64,000 bases of DNA from Candidatus Dormiibacterota bacterium (GTDB lineage Bacteria; Chloroflexota; Dormibacteria; Aeolococcales; Aeolococcaceae): positions 3,200,001 through 3,264,000 of the forward strand of contig OY970355.1 in assembly GCA_963718525.1 (NCBI GenBank), given 5' to 3'. The position numbers and the translations under genes are program-made. Position 1 is the stretch's first letter; every line of letters begins with the position of its first letter. The notes under the pieces were generated by a model. The model was not told where the DNA came from and searched no databases. It saw only the letters and a list, made by a program, of their open reading frames with translations. This document shows positions 8,930 through 19,154 of this stretch, in pieces.

Positions 8930-9682
8930 TCAATCGAGACGCGGCGATGGGCGGCCGCCCCACGTGGATGGCGCTGCCGGCGCCGGCGAACGAGGCGAGC
9001 CCGCGAGGAGGTCGGCAAGCAACGCGCCGCGGAGGGTCGACATCTGGGCGATGACGTCGGGGATATCGGAGGTCTCCGGCAGCCGCAGCCGAAGCTCGCG
9101 CATTCCCGCCGCGTACAGCGTGGCGACGGTCTGCTGGCACTCCTCCAGGGTGCCGACCAGGCCCGCGGCCATCTCCGCCTCGGCGCGCAGCCCCGGATCA
9201 CCGGAGAGCCGCGCCTGCGCCTCGGCGGCCGTCCGCCCCGGAGACGCCGGGAGACACACCGCACTCCTTCCAGATGCACCACGCAGCCGCTCCACGAGCG
9301 TTTGCAACGGAGCCGGGCCGAAAACCGGAACCCCGCCCGCTGACCGAATCGCCGCCTCGACGTCCGCGGTCGGCGCGTCGACCGAGACTTCCTGCCCGCC
9401 TGCGAGGCGGCTGCTGAACGCGGCCATGCTCGCCGCGGTGGCAGCGCCGCCCCGGAGCCAGATATCGTCGACGGGGTCGAGGGCCTGCTCGTCGGTGTCG
9501 CTGACGACCCATCCGACACGCATGCCCGCGACCAGCGCCTCGTTGGGTCGCGCGAAGCCGGCGGCCACCCAGATCGCCTGCCAACCGGCCCTGGCCGCAA
9601 GTATCGCGATGGGCGGGAGCGAGTTTGCGTGGCGGGGCAACAGGAGACCCAGCTGCAGCTGACCTCCGGCCGCCGTTTCCAC
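8930..9682 (-). CDS. Short, divergent luciferase-like (LLM) flavin-dependent oxidoreductase-fold protein
   Basis: 3' part of the 809-aa track ORF: LGLLLP...AARAGWQAIWV, GRTAAEA, GLVGTLEEC...LYAAGMRELRL. Start GTG ~9682 is inferred. Confidence 0.55.
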   Translation of the reverse strand: METAAGGQLQLGLLLPRHANSLPPIAILAARAGWQAIWVAAGFARPNEALVAGMRVGWVVSDTDEQALDPVDDIWLRGGAATAASMAAFSSRLAGGQEVSVDAPTADVEAAIRSAGGVPVFGPAPLQTLVERLRGASGRSAVCLPASPGRTAAEAQARLSGDPGLRAEAEMAAGLVGTLEECQQTVATLYAAGMRELRLRLPETSDIPDVIAQMSTLRGALLADLLAGSPRSPAPAAPSTWGGRPSPRLD

Positions 9683-9730
9683 ACGCCCGATCTTGACACC
9701 CGCCTTTTCCGGCGGGCGCACAATCGCGCG

Positions 9731-11167
9731 ATGGGTGAGTCGGATGTCGTCGGTGGCATGGTGGTGCGGATGGCCGCGGCCCTCCGGCATGCGGCGGTTC
9801 CGGTGTCGACCGGGGAGCTCATCGACGCAGCGCGGGCACTCGATGTCCTCGACACGGGAGCGCGAGATCAGGTCCGTGCGGCGCTGCGCGCGACACTGAT
9901 CAAACGACAGGGCGATATCGATACCTTCGAGCGGATCTTCGCTGCGTTGACTGCCGCGCTCGGTGATGGACCGCTGCCGGGGAACTCGGTCCCCCTCGAC
10001 GGCAACGGCGCGGCCATGCACTCGCCCGTCCCCGGCGCGAACACCGACGCGCCCGCGCTCATGGACGACGTGGTCGCCGCACTGCGCGTCAACGACGAGG
10101 CAGCACTGCGAGCGCTTGCGATCATGGCGGTCGAGCAATTCGGAGGCATCGGATCGACCTCCCGGGACTCGGAGCGGGCCTCGCTCTATCGCGTCCTGCG
10201 TGGCCTGGACCTGGCCCAGATCCTCCAGCGAGCGATGCGCCAATCCGAGGCCGATCCGGAGGACACGGGGGGCATCGGCGCGCGTGTCCCGGCAGAGATC
10301 GCGGCTCGCGTCGAGGAGTTCCGCCGCCTGCTCGCTCGCGAGGTGCAGCGCCGCCTCGACGCGAGGTCCGTCAGGGAAGGGACCTCGATTCTGCGATCCA
10401 CGGGGACCCTTGAGGACCTGCCCATCCTCGGCGCAACCCCGGCGGAGCTCGCAGCACTGCAGCGAGCGCTCCGCCCGCTCGCGCGCCGGCTCGCCGTCCG
10501 CGGCGCCCGCCGGAGACGCCACACCCACAGGGGGCGCCTCGACGTCCGCCGGACCATCAGAAGATCGCTGTCCACCGGTGGCCTCCCTCTGCAACCGGCC
10601 TGGCGGCGTCCCAGGACGACCCGGCCGGAATTGGTCGTGCTCTGCGATGTGAGCGGTTCGGTGGCGGAGTTCGCACGCTTCACCCTGGCGCTCATGAGCG
10701 CCATGACCGCGGAATTCTCGGCGATCCGGTGCTTCGCATTCGTCGACGGTGTCGATGAGGTGACCCGAGTAGTGGCGGAGGCGCAGGGAGCGCTCATGCC
10801 CTCGCACGTGCTGGCGCGAACCGATGTTGTGTGGGATGACGGGCACAGTGACTACGGGCGCGTGTGGGGACTCTTCGCCGCCCGTTTCGCGCAGGCGCTG
10901 ACCCCGCGGGCCAGCCTCGTGATCGCAGGTGATGCGAGAACCAACTATCGGGCGGCGAACGCCGCCGGGCTCGCCGGCATCGCGCGCACCGTGCGGGGCG
11001 TCCACTGGCTCAACCCCGAGCGGCAGGAATACTGGGACACCGGCGACTCGGTGATGTCGCTCTACGCGCGGGCGTGTGATTCCGTCCACGAGGTGCGTAC
11101 GCTCCGCCAGCTCGAGTCGGCCGCGCTCGACATCGCGAGCGGTGCCGGGACGTCGTCGGGCGGGTGA
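9731..11167 (+). CDS. VWA domain protein, CoxE-like
   Basis: [54 protein letters not shown]; CACAAT 6 nt before ATG 9731. Confidence 0.9.
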   Translation: MGESDVVGGMVVRMAAALRHAAVPVSTGELIDAARALDVLDTGARDQVRAALRATLIKRQGDIDTFERIFAALTAALGDGPLPGNSVPLDGNGAAMHSPVPGANTDAPALMDDVVAALRVNDEAALRALAIMAVEQFGGIGSTSRDSERASLYRVLRGLDLAQILQRAMRQSEADPEDTGGIGARVPAEIAARVEEFRRLLAREVQRRLDARSVREGTSILRSTGTLEDLPILGATPAELAALQRALRPLARRLAVRGARRRRHTHRGRLDVRRTIRRSLSTGGLPLQPAWRRPRTTRPELVVLCDVSGSVAEFARFTLALMSAMTAEFSAIRCFAFVDGVDEVTRVVAEAQGALMPSHVLARTDVVWDDGHSDYGRVWGLFAARFAQALTPRASLVIAGDARTNYRAANAAGLAGIARTVRGVHWLNPERQEYWDTGDSVMSLYARACDSVHEVRTLRQLESAALDIASGAGTSSGG

Positions 11168-11219
11168 TGTCCCCATAAGCTGGACCCCCCCGCCGGCCAC
11201 CGGACCGTACACTCGCCGC

Positions 11220-13268
11220 GTGTCCGAAGTCGACGGAGAGTTGCTCGCCCTCCGAGGGCGTCTTGGCGATCTCGACCAACGTATCGTCGAATTGATCGCG
11301 GAGCGATTCCGCGTCGTCGAGGATGTCGCGAGGGAGAAAGCCGCCTCCGACGCCGCCATCCGTGACTCCGAGCGCGAACGTCAGGTGCTCGCGTCGGTCG
11401 AGCACATCGCGCGGATAGAAGGCGCCCCGGTCAACCTGGTCCGCAGGATCTATCGCGACCTCCTGGCGGAGTCGGTCAGCAGGCAGGTGTCGAGTCGTTC
11501 GGGCGTCAGGTCGGAGGTGGCCCTGCGGGTTGCGGTGCGTGGTGAGCATTCCTTCGGCTACCTCGCGGCACAGAAGTACCTGTCGGCGCGTGAGGTCGAT
11601 GGTGAGATGGTGGTGACGCGCACCTACCAGGCCGCCGTTGACGCATTGAAGGCGGGAGAGGTCGACCTCGCGGTCCTGCCGATCGAGAACACGGCGGCCG
11701 GCAGTGTCGATGAAACCTACGACCTCCTGCGTGAGAACGAGGTGTCGATCGTCGGCGAGGAGACATCGAGCGTCGAGTACTGTCTGTGCGGAGTCAGTGA
11801 TCTTCCGCTCGGAGCGATCAGCCAGGTGCTTGCCGCGGTTGACGGTCTCGAGCAGTGCTCGCGGTTTCTCCAGACCCTGCCGAATGCGGCGCAGATCCTG
11901 GAGTTCGATACCGGTGCGGCGATGCGGCTCGTGCGTGCGACCGGCAACTCGACACACGTTGCGATCGGCGCGCCGGAAGCCGCTGCCGTCCATGGCCTGG
12001 TCGTCTTACGCCGCGGTATCGCCAACCACGCGGAGAACTACACGCGGTTCGTTGTCCTCTCACGCCATCCCGTCGCCGTCGAGCTCAGTGCTCCCTGCAA
12101 GACCAGCCTGATCCTGATCACCCGGCACGAGCACGGCGCGTTGATGCGATCCCTCGGCGTCCTCGCGGCCAGCGATCACTCCATGACCAAGCTCGAATCC
12201 CGTCCCAGGCCCGGACGGCCCTTCGAGTACATGTTCTTCATCGATTTCGAGGGCAATATCGCCGACCCGCGCACGGCTGACGCGCTCGATGACCTCCGCT
12301 CCACCGCGCTGCATCTCAAAGTGCTTGGCAGCTACCCGGCCACCAGCACCACCACGACGGATGCGCAGCCCGGCGATGCCAGGCCGCTCATCCCGCCGCC
12401 CGTGGAAGCCGACGTCCCTGAGGCAGCAGTGGCGCGACGCCCGGCGGTCAAGTCGTCGAAGAATTACCGGCTCGCCGGTCGTGGGGCTCGCTCCGACGAC
12501 ACGGTGATTCCCGTCGGCAACCTGCTGATCGGTGGTGGTGGATTTCTCGTCATGGCGGGTCCCTGTTCCGTCGAGTCGGCGGACCAGATCGATGCCACTG
12601 CCCGTGCGGTGCGCGAGGCCGGCGCACAGATCCTCCGAGGCGGGGTCTTCAAGCCGCGCACCTCGCCATACGCCTTCCAGGGCCTGGGATGGGATGGGCT
12701 CGAGCTGCTCGCCGCGGCGGGGAGGGCGACCGGCATGCCGATCATCAGCGAGGTGATGGCGGTCGACCAGGTCAGGCGCATGGCCGAGCTGGTCGACATC
12801 CTCCAGGTCGGAACTCGCAACATGCAGAACTTCGATCTCCTTCGCGAGCTCGGCAAGGTCGATCGCCCAATCCTGCTCAAGCGCGGACTCTCCAGCACCA
12901 TTGACGAATGGCTCGGCGCTGCCGAATACATCCTCGCGATCGGCAATCAGCAGGTGATGCTCTGTGAACGTGGCATCAGAACCTTCGAGACGAGCACTCG
13001 CAACACGCTCGACCTGTGCGCCATACCGGTGTTGCGCGAGCTGACCCATCTCCCGGTGATCGTCGATCCGAGCCATGGCACCGGTCACCGCGCCTACGTC
13101 GCGCCGATGGCGAAGGCAGCACGCGCCGCCGGCGCGCACGGTCTGCTCATCGAGGTGCACCCGGACCCTGACAGGGCGCTCTCCGACGCTGAGCAGAGCC
13201 TGTCGTTCGGCGAATTCCTCTCGCTGATGCGGAGCCTGCAGGCGGTCGCGCCTTTGCCCTACGCCTGA
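11220..13268 (+). CDS. pheA/aroF: Fusion: chorismate mutase - prephenate dehydratase - ACT - DAHP synthase (type I-beta)
   Basis: CM ([26 protein letters not shown]); PDT (LPIENT, NYTRF); ACT ([17 protein letters not shown]); DAHPS ([38 protein letters not shown]). TACACT 6 nt before GTG 11220. Confidence 0.9.
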   Translation: MSEVDGELLALRGRLGDLDQRIVELIAERFRVVEDVAREKAASDAAIRDSERERQVLASVEHIARIEGAPVNLVRRIYRDLLAESVSRQVSSRSGVRSEVALRVAVRGEHSFGYLAAQKYLSAREVDGEMVVTRTYQAAVDALKAGEVDLAVLPIENTAAGSVDETYDLLRENEVSIVGEETSSVEYCLCGVSDLPLGAISQVLAAVDGLEQCSRFLQTLPNAAQILEFDTGAAMRLVRATGNSTHVAIGAPEAAAVHGLVVLRRGIANHAENYTRFVVLSRHPVAVELSAPCKTSLILITRHEHGALMRSLGVLAASDHSMTKLESRPRPGRPFEYMFFIDFEGNIADPRTADALDDLRSTALHLKVLGSYPATSTTTTDAQPGDARPLIPPPVEADVPEAAVARRPAVKSSKNYRLAGRGARSDDTVIPVGNLLIGGGGFLVMAGPCSVESADQIDATARAVREAGAQILRGGVFKPRTSPYAFQGLGWDGLELLAAAGRATGMPIISEVMAVDQVRRMAELVDILQVGTRNMQNFDLLRELGKVDRPILLKRGLSSTIDEWLGAAEYILAIGNQQVMLCERGIRTFETSTRNTLDLCAIPVLRELTHLPVIVDPSHGTGHRAYVAPMAKAARAAGAHGLLIEVHPDPDRALSDAEQSLSFGEFLSLMRSLQAVAPLPYA

Positions 13269-14620
13269 CCCGGTCGCTCGACCCAGAGGAAGCTCGTGAA
13301 GTTCTGCTCAAGGTCCTGAAGGTTGTCTTCAACGACACGAAGGCCGTTGAGGTCGGCGAGCGTGCTGCTTCCCATGGTCGCGACCGAGGCGGGGAGCTCT
13401 CCCCTCCCAAGGAGTTCGGCAACCTTGGCCTGATCGATCAGGTCGCCCGTGCCGCTCGTCTGGGTGAGATTCGCGTACTTCTTCTCGAGATTGGTGCGGC
13501 ACTGGCGCAATACCTGAGGGTGAGCCATCACCGTGTCGACGCTGGAGAAGTCGGCACCTGCAGCGATCATCAGCGCGTGGGAGATCTTGATCGCGAACTC
13601 TTCGACAATGGCGAAGCGATATCGCGCCATCGCCGCGATCGATTCGCCGACCATCCCGCCGACCGAGTTGTGAATCGCGAAGACTCCGCGATCGACCTCC
13701 CCTTCGTGAAGAGCGCGCAGCACCCGTTCCGTGGTGTGCAGATACACGATCTCGCAGGGAATTTCCGGTGTGCGGCTCATGTAATACCGAGCGGCGTCCT
13801 CGTTGAAGCTGCCCCGTCCGCCCTGGATCCCGACGACCATGCGGTCCGTGACCAGGCGGTTCGGGAGCAACAGATCGAACACCGAGTCCTGAGCTTCAGA
13901 GAGGCGCAGGCGCATCGCCTTGGTATGTGGATTGAGGGTCTGCAGGTCGACGAACAGCTGCCACGTATCGTTGCTGACCTGTGAGGTCACGTCCTGAAGA
14001 AGTCTCGTTCCAAGGGTATCGATCGGCGTCGGCGTGAACCCAAAGCGTTCGAGCGTTCGGCCGACGAAGTGCGTCACTCCCTGGCTCGCAGCTGCGAGCC
14101 GGTCGTGTTCATCGGCCGACATCGACACCACCACGAGCCCCTTGGATACAAAGTAGTCCCGCCACGCGTCCAGGGCCGCCACCGGCAATCGAAATCCGTC
14201 GATGACGATGGTCTGACCGACGATGCCGCTTGCGGCAACGCTGTCCGGACCGAATAGTGGATGGGTGAGCAGCGCCTCGTAGTTCGGGGGCAGATGGCGT
14301 GCGAAGACGTCTCGCGGATGCACCTTCACCGACAGGACGTCGATGAGGGTGCGTGTTCCGCCGAGCTCGTTGAAATACGGAAGGTGCTCTGTGATCGTGC
14401 CCTCCAGCGCGGAGATCGGGACGCAGTAGAAGACGGCGTCCGACGCCAGAGTCTCCTCCAGCGAGGATGCCGGCAGCCCCTCTCGCGTCGCCTCGGCACG
14501 CTGCAGCGGATCAGGGTCGTATCCCCTGAGCGTGAAGTCGTCCTGGAGCATCGACGCCCAGAGACGTCCAAACCGGCCGAGGCCAACCACTCCCACCGTC
14601 GCCGGAAGGGATCTGGTCAT
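13259..14620 (-). CDS. tyrA: Fusion: prephenate/arogenate dehydrogenase (TyrA) - prephenate dehydratase-like domain
   Basis: Rossmann VGLGRFG, DVLSVK, THPLFGP, EHDR...SQGVTH; C-terminal [33 protein letters not shown] upstream on the minus strand. Confidence 0.85.
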   Translation of the reverse strand: MTRSLPATVGVVGLGRFGRLWASMLQDDFTLRGYDPDPLQRAEATREGLPASSLEETLASDAVFYCVPISALEGTITEHLPYFNELGGTRTLIDVLSVKVHPRDVFARHLPPNYEALLTHPLFGPDSVAASGIVGQTIVIDGFRLPVAALDAWRDYFVSKGLVVVSMSADEHDRLAAASQGVTHFVGRTLERFGFTPTPIDTLGTRLLQDVTSQVSNDTWQLFVDLQTLNPHTKAMRLRLSEAQDSVFDLLLPNRLVTDRMVVGIQGGRGSFNEDAARYYMSRTPEIPCEIVYLHTTERVLRALHEGEVDRGVFAIHNSVGGMVGESIAAMARYRFAIVEEFAIKISHALMIAAGADFSSVDTVMAHPQVLRQCRTNLEKKYANLTQTSGTGDLIDQAKVAELLGRGELPASVATMGSSTLADLNGLRVVEDNLQDLEQNFTSFLWVERPGQA

Positions 14621-14720
14621 CACCGCGGCTAGTGTACGGCTGGACCGCGGAGCTCTCGATCTCTCCAGCCTCGAGACGCTTCGACGCCGAAAACGGGCGC
14701 GTCGGTATGGTCTGGGTTGC

Positions 14721-17384
14721 ATGACAACGGCGGCAGAGGGCGAGACCAGCGAGCAGAGCGCGCGAGACACGGCGCGCCGAGAGATGCCCCGTGCGCTGCG
14801 CGAGGAGGTTCGCCTCGTGGGTGATGCGCTGGGCCACGTGATTGCCGAGCATGGCGGCGCGGCGCTCCTCGCCGACGTCGAGACACTGCGCAGGACCGTG
14901 ATCCGCGCACGAGCCGAGGGAGACATGCGCGGTGGGTATGCGAACGCGGCCGACGAGCTGGTGTCGTCGTGGTCCCTTGACCGTGCCGAAGAGGTTGCGC
15001 GTGCGTTCACGTGCTACTTCCACCTGGTCAATCTCGCCGAGGAGCGCTACCGCGCCGGGGCGCTTCGCGAGGCGGATGCCGGCGCCGGGGGAGGGGCGGG
15101 CGGGCTCGTTGCAGCGCTGGCGGCGGTGCGCACGGAGCTGGGCGCCGAGGGACTCGCCGAGCTCCTCACGACCCTGCGCGTCCACCCTGTCTTCACAGCC
15201 CATCCCACCGAAGCACGTCGACGCGCGGTGACCTCGGCGGTGCGGCGGGTCGGCGAGCAACTCGAACGAGTGATCGATCCGCGCGCTGCAATGTCAGCCC
15301 AACCCGAGGTATGGAGGCGACTGCTCGAGGAGGTCGACGGCCTCTGGCGCACTGCACAGTTGCGCAGCCAGGAATTGCGACCACTCGACGAGGTCCGCAC
15401 GCTCATGGGCGTGTTCGACGAGACACTCTTTCGCCTCGTGCCATCGGTCTACCGAGCGTTCAGCGCGAGTCTCGACCCCGCCGGTGGTGGTGCACAGCTC
15501 CCGATGTCGCCCGCATTTCTGCGATTCGGCAGCTGGGTCGGCGGGGATCGCGACGGCAACCCGCACGTCACCGCCCAGGTCACGCGGGAGACGATGCTCA
15601 TCCAGTCCGAGCACGTCCTGCGCGGACTGGAGACGGCCACGATGCGTATCGGCGGCGGTCTCACCGCCGACGTGGCGACGACGCCGCCGGATGCCGGCTT
15701 TCTCAACCGCCTGCGCTCGCTCCGTGACACCGTCGGTGCTCGTGCCGCGGGCATCGAGGAGCGGTCCCCCGGAGAGCCGTACCGTCAGTTCCTCCTGCTC
15801 GTCGCCGAGCGGATCCGTGCCACTCGTCGCGCGGACCTGTCGGTCGCATACGTGCGAGCGGATGAGCTGATCGATGACCTTCGCTGCCTGCAGGAGGCCC
15901 TGGTCGCGGGGGGCGCGCCGCGTCAGGCGCATGGAGAGCTGCACGGTCTCATCTGGCAGGCGCAGACCTTCGGCTTTCACCTCGCAGATCTGGAGATCCG
16001 CCAGCACAGTGGGGTGCATCGCACCGCGCTCGCAGAGATCGGATCCGGCGGCCCGCGCTCGCCCGAGACCGACGAGGTGCTTGCGACCCTGCGCACCATC
16101 GCGCTGCTGCAACAGCGGTTCGGCGCTCAGGCATGCCATCGGTACGTCGTGAGCTTCACGACGAGCGCCGAAGACATCGCCGCGGTGCACGCGCTCGCGG
16201 AGCGCGCAGGCGCGCCCAACCCTGCTCCCGAGCTCGACGTGGTTCCGCTGTTCGAAACGACTGCCGACCTCCGCAAGGCGCGCGAGGTCCTGGACCGGAT
16301 GCTCGAGCTCGAGCCGGTGCGGCGGCGCATGGCCGCGACCGGCCACGCGCTCGAGGTGATGCTCGGATACTCCGATTCAGCGAAGGAGAGCGGGCCGGTC
16401 GCCGCAACGCTCGCGCTCTACACGGCGCAGGCAGACCTCGCTGCCTGGGCAGCAGAACGCGGTGTCAAGCTCACGCTCTTCCACGGCCGGGGCGGTGCGC
16501 TTGGACGTGGAGGCGGTCCCGCAAACCGTGCTGTGATGGCGCAGGCGCCAGGATCGGTGGCGGGACGATTCAAGGTCACCGAACAGGGAGAGGTCATCTT
16601 CGCCCGCTATGGCAACCCCACCCTGGCCCAGCGCCATCTCGAGCAGGTGACGTCGGCGGTGCTCCTCACCTCTACGGCGGCGGCGCGGGGGCGGACCGCG
16701 CGGGCCGCGGTTCGCTACGAGACGCTCGCCCGAAACCTCGACGCCGCCGCGCGCTCCGCGTATCGCAAGCTCATCGACATCGACGGGTTTGCGGCGTACT
16801 TCGCCGAGGTGACACCCGTCCGCGAGCTCGCTCGACTGCACCTTGGATCACGTCCGGCGAGCCGCGGCGGTGACGGCACGCTGGCATCGCTGCGCGCGAT
16901 TCCCTGGGTGTTCGCGTGGGCACAGATCCGGCTCAACCTTCCTGGCTGGTACGGGCTGGGAAGCGCGCTTGCCGGACAAGATGTCGAGGAGCTCCGGGTC
17001 GCGTATCAGGAGTGGCCGCTGCTGAGCGCGCTCATCGACAACGCGGAGATGAGCCTCGCCAAGACCGATCGCTTCATGGCCGCAGACTACCTTCGGCTCG
17101 GGAGCCAGCCGCACATCGCGGCTCTGATCCTGGCGGAATACGACCGCACGAGGGAGCAGATCCTCGCCGTCACCGATCAGGCCCGTCTGCTCGAGAAGCG
17201 CCGCGTCCTGTCCTGGGCTGTGGAGCTGCGCAACCCATACATCGACGCGCTCTGCCATCTCCAGCTTCGCGCCCTGCGCGCCCTGCGCAGTGGCGACGCA
17301 ACCGATGCCAATCGAGGCCGCCTGGAGCAGCTCCTGCTGCTCACCGTCAACGGGATCGCCGCCGGGTTGCAGAACACCGGATGA
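14721..17384 (+). CDS. ppc: Phosphoenolpyruvate carboxylase
   Basis: VFTAHPTE, WVGGDRDGNP, EVMLGYSDSAKE, FHGRGGALGRGG, LRAIPWVFAW, C-terminal LQNTG. Confidence 0.96.
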   Translation: MTTAAEGETSEQSARDTARREMPRALREEVRLVGDALGHVIAEHGGAALLADVETLRRTVIRARAEGDMRGGYANAADELVSSWSLDRAEEVARAFTCYFHLVNLAEERYRAGALREADAGAGGGAGGLVAALAAVRTELGAEGLAELLTTLRVHPVFTAHPTEARRRAVTSAVRRVGEQLERVIDPRAAMSAQPEVWRRLLEEVDGLWRTAQLRSQELRPLDEVRTLMGVFDETLFRLVPSVYRAFSASLDPAGGGAQLPMSPAFLRFGSWVGGDRDGNPHVTAQVTRETMLIQSEHVLRGLETATMRIGGGLTADVATTPPDAGFLNRLRSLRDTVGARAAGIEERSPGEPYRQFLLLVAERIRATRRADLSVAYVRADELIDDLRCLQEALVAGGAPRQAHGELHGLIWQAQTFGFHLADLEIRQHSGVHRTALAEIGSGGPRSPETDEVLATLRTIALLQQRFGAQACHRYVVSFTTSAEDIAAVHALAERAGAPNPAPELDVVPLFETTADLRKAREVLDRMLELEPVRRRMAATGHALEVMLGYSDSAKESGPVAATLALYTAQADLAAWAAERGVKLTLFHGRGGALGRGGGPANRAVMAQAPGSVAGRFKVTEQGEVIFARYGNPTLAQRHLEQVTSAVLLTSTAAARGRTARAAVRYETLARNLDAAARSAYRKLIDIDGFAAYFAEVTPVRELARLHLGSRPASRGGDGTLASLRAIPWVFAWAQIRLNLPGWYGLGSALAGQDVEELRVAYQEWPLLSALIDNAEMSLAKTDRFMAADYLRLGSQPHIAALILAEYDRTREQILAVTDQARLLEKRRVLSWAVELRNPYIDALCHLQLRALRALRSGDATDANRGRLEQLLLLTVNGIAAGLQNTG

Positions 17385-17476
17385 CACCAGCGGCCGGCAA
17401 TCCGGCGTCCAACGCCGAGCAGCGCGACGTACCCCGATAATCCGGACGTGGCAGACGACCCGCAGGCAGCGCTCCC

Positions 17477-18364
17477 TTGAAGGTCGGGTTCATCGGGATC
17501 GGGAAGATGGGCCGGCCGATGGCCGACAGGCTGCTCATGGCCGGCCACGAGGTCGCCGTCTGCAACCGCTCGGCGAACGAGGGCGTGCAATCCCTGCGCG
17601 CCAAAGGCGCGACGGTGTTCGCAACCCCCGCTGAGCTGGCAGCCGTCTCGGATTTCGTCCTGACCGCGCTGCCGACGGAGGACGCGGTGCGGCAGGTCTT
17701 CGCGGAGATGACGGGGGTCGCCCACGCCGGTCAGGTCTACGTCGATCACTCGACGGTGAGCCCGGCGTTGAACCGGCAATGCGCCGAGCACCTGTCGACG
17801 CACGACGCCGCGTTCCTCGACGCACCCGTGTCGGGAGGACCGGCCGGAGCCGAAGCCGGCACGCTGACGGTGATGGTGGGCGGTGACCAGTCGACCTTCA
17901 ACCGCGCGCTTCCAGTCCTCGAGTCGTTCGGGAGCAAGATCCGTCGCTGCGGACCGGTTGGCTCCGGCCAGGCGATCAAGCTCGTCAACCAGTACCTGGT
18001 GGGCGTGCATACCTTCGCGGCCTCGGAAGCCGCGGCATTTGCGCTGCAGCTCGGCGCCGATCTCAGCACCGTCCAGGATGTCGTTGGAACGTCCTTCGGT
18101 AGCTCGACGATGCTGCTGCGCAACCTGCCGCGCTACATCACTCGCGACTTCAGTCCGGCAACGCCGGTGGCGTTGATCGCGAAGGACCTGTCGATCATCC
18201 ACGCTGAGGCGGTCGCCGCAGGGGTTCCGCTCTTCCTGGGTGGGCTCGTCGAGCAGTGGTACCTCGAAGCCAAGGCTCGCGGTTGGGCAGGAGAGGACAT
18301 GGCGGCGCTCGTGAAGTTCTGGGATCGCGAGACCGAGCCGGACGGCACCGCCCAGGCGGGCTGA
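17477..18364 (+). CDS. NAD(P)-dependent 3-hydroxyisobutyrate / tartronate-semialdehyde reductase family
   Basis: GFIGIGKMG, DHSTV, LDAPVSGG, KLVNQ, AKDL; adjacent to hyi and glycerate kinase. Confidence 0.88.
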   Translation: MKVGFIGIGKMGRPMADRLLMAGHEVAVCNRSANEGVQSLRAKGATVFATPAELAAVSDFVLTALPTEDAVRQVFAEMTGVAHAGQVYVDHSTVSPALNRQCAEHLSTHDAAFLDAPVSGGPAGAEAGTLTVMVGGDQSTFNRALPVLESFGSKIRRCGPVGSGQAIKLVNQYLVGVHTFAASEAAAFALQLGADLSTVQDVVGTSFGSSTMLLRNLPRYITRDFSPATPVALIAKDLSIIHAEAVAAGVPLFLGGLVEQWYLEAKARGWAGEDMAALVKFWDRETEPDGTAQAG

Positions 18365-18365
18365 C

Positions 18366-19154
18366 GTGCTCCGTTTCGCGGCCAACCTGACGATGCTGTG
18401 GCAGGAGCTGGACCCGTTCCAACGGTTCGAGGCCGCCGCGTCAGCCGGATTCACCCGCGTTGAGATGCTGTTCCCGCATGAGCTCGACGCGGATCGGCTC
18501 GAATCAACCCTCGACGTCCTCGGCCTCCACATGGTCGTGTTCGATCCGGCACCGGGGGACTGGGCCGGCGGGGAGCGCGGGCTGCTGACACTCCCGGGAC
18601 GCGAGGAGGAGTTCCTCCATACGGTGGGTGAGGCGATCGGTCTGGCGAAACGGCTCGGGACCTCGAGGCTCAACGCGCTGGTGGGGGTGCCTCCGGCTGG
18701 CGTGAGCAGCGATCAGGCTCGTGATACCGCGGTTGCGAACCTCACGCGGGTGGCGCCGATGGCGCAGGAGGCGGGCATCACGTTGCTCGTCGAGGCGATC
18801 AACAACATCGACATGCCCGGCTACTGGGCGAGCAACGTTTCACTGGCGGCAGGCCTGGTGGAGACCGTCAAGCATCCGAGCCTCCGGCTGCAACTCGACC
18901 AGTATCACGCCGCGATGGCGGGCGACGATCCCATCGAGTGCCTGCACACGTACCTTCCCCTGATCGCTCACGTCCAGATCGCTGACGTGCCGGGACGGCA
19001 CGAACCCGGTACCGGGACGCAGCCCATCGGCGATTTTCTCAGTGAGCTCGACCGTTCCGGGTATGGAGGCGTCGTGGGCCTCGAATATCGACCGCTCGTC
19101 GATACCGCATCGAGCTTCGAGTGGATGCACACCCTGGGCCTGCGCCGGGATTAG
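18366..19154 (+). CDS. hyi: Hydroxypyruvate isomerase
   Basis: FAANLTML, GF..VE.LFP, G.WAGGERG, LLVEAIN, D.YH, HVQIADVPGRHEPGTG, GLEY.P. Confidence 0.9.
   Translation: MLRFAANLTMLWQELDPFQRFEAAASAGFTRVEMLFPHELDADRLESTLDVLGLHMVVFDPAPGDWAGGERGLLTLPGREEEFLHTVGEAIGLAKRLGTSRLNALVGVPPAGVSSDQARDTAVANLTRVAPMAQEAGITLLVEAINNIDMPGYWASNVSLAAGLVETVKHPSLRLQLDQYHAAMAGDDPIECLHTYLPLIAHVQIADVPGRHEPGTGTQPIGDFLSELDRSGYGGVVGLEYRPLVDTASSFEWMHTLGLRRD

Noticed and set aside
9683-11359. N-terminal ~560 aa of the 809-aa minus-strand ORF
   Set aside because: Antisense shadow of the VWA gene in high-GC DNA; only the 3' LLM-like part looks real.
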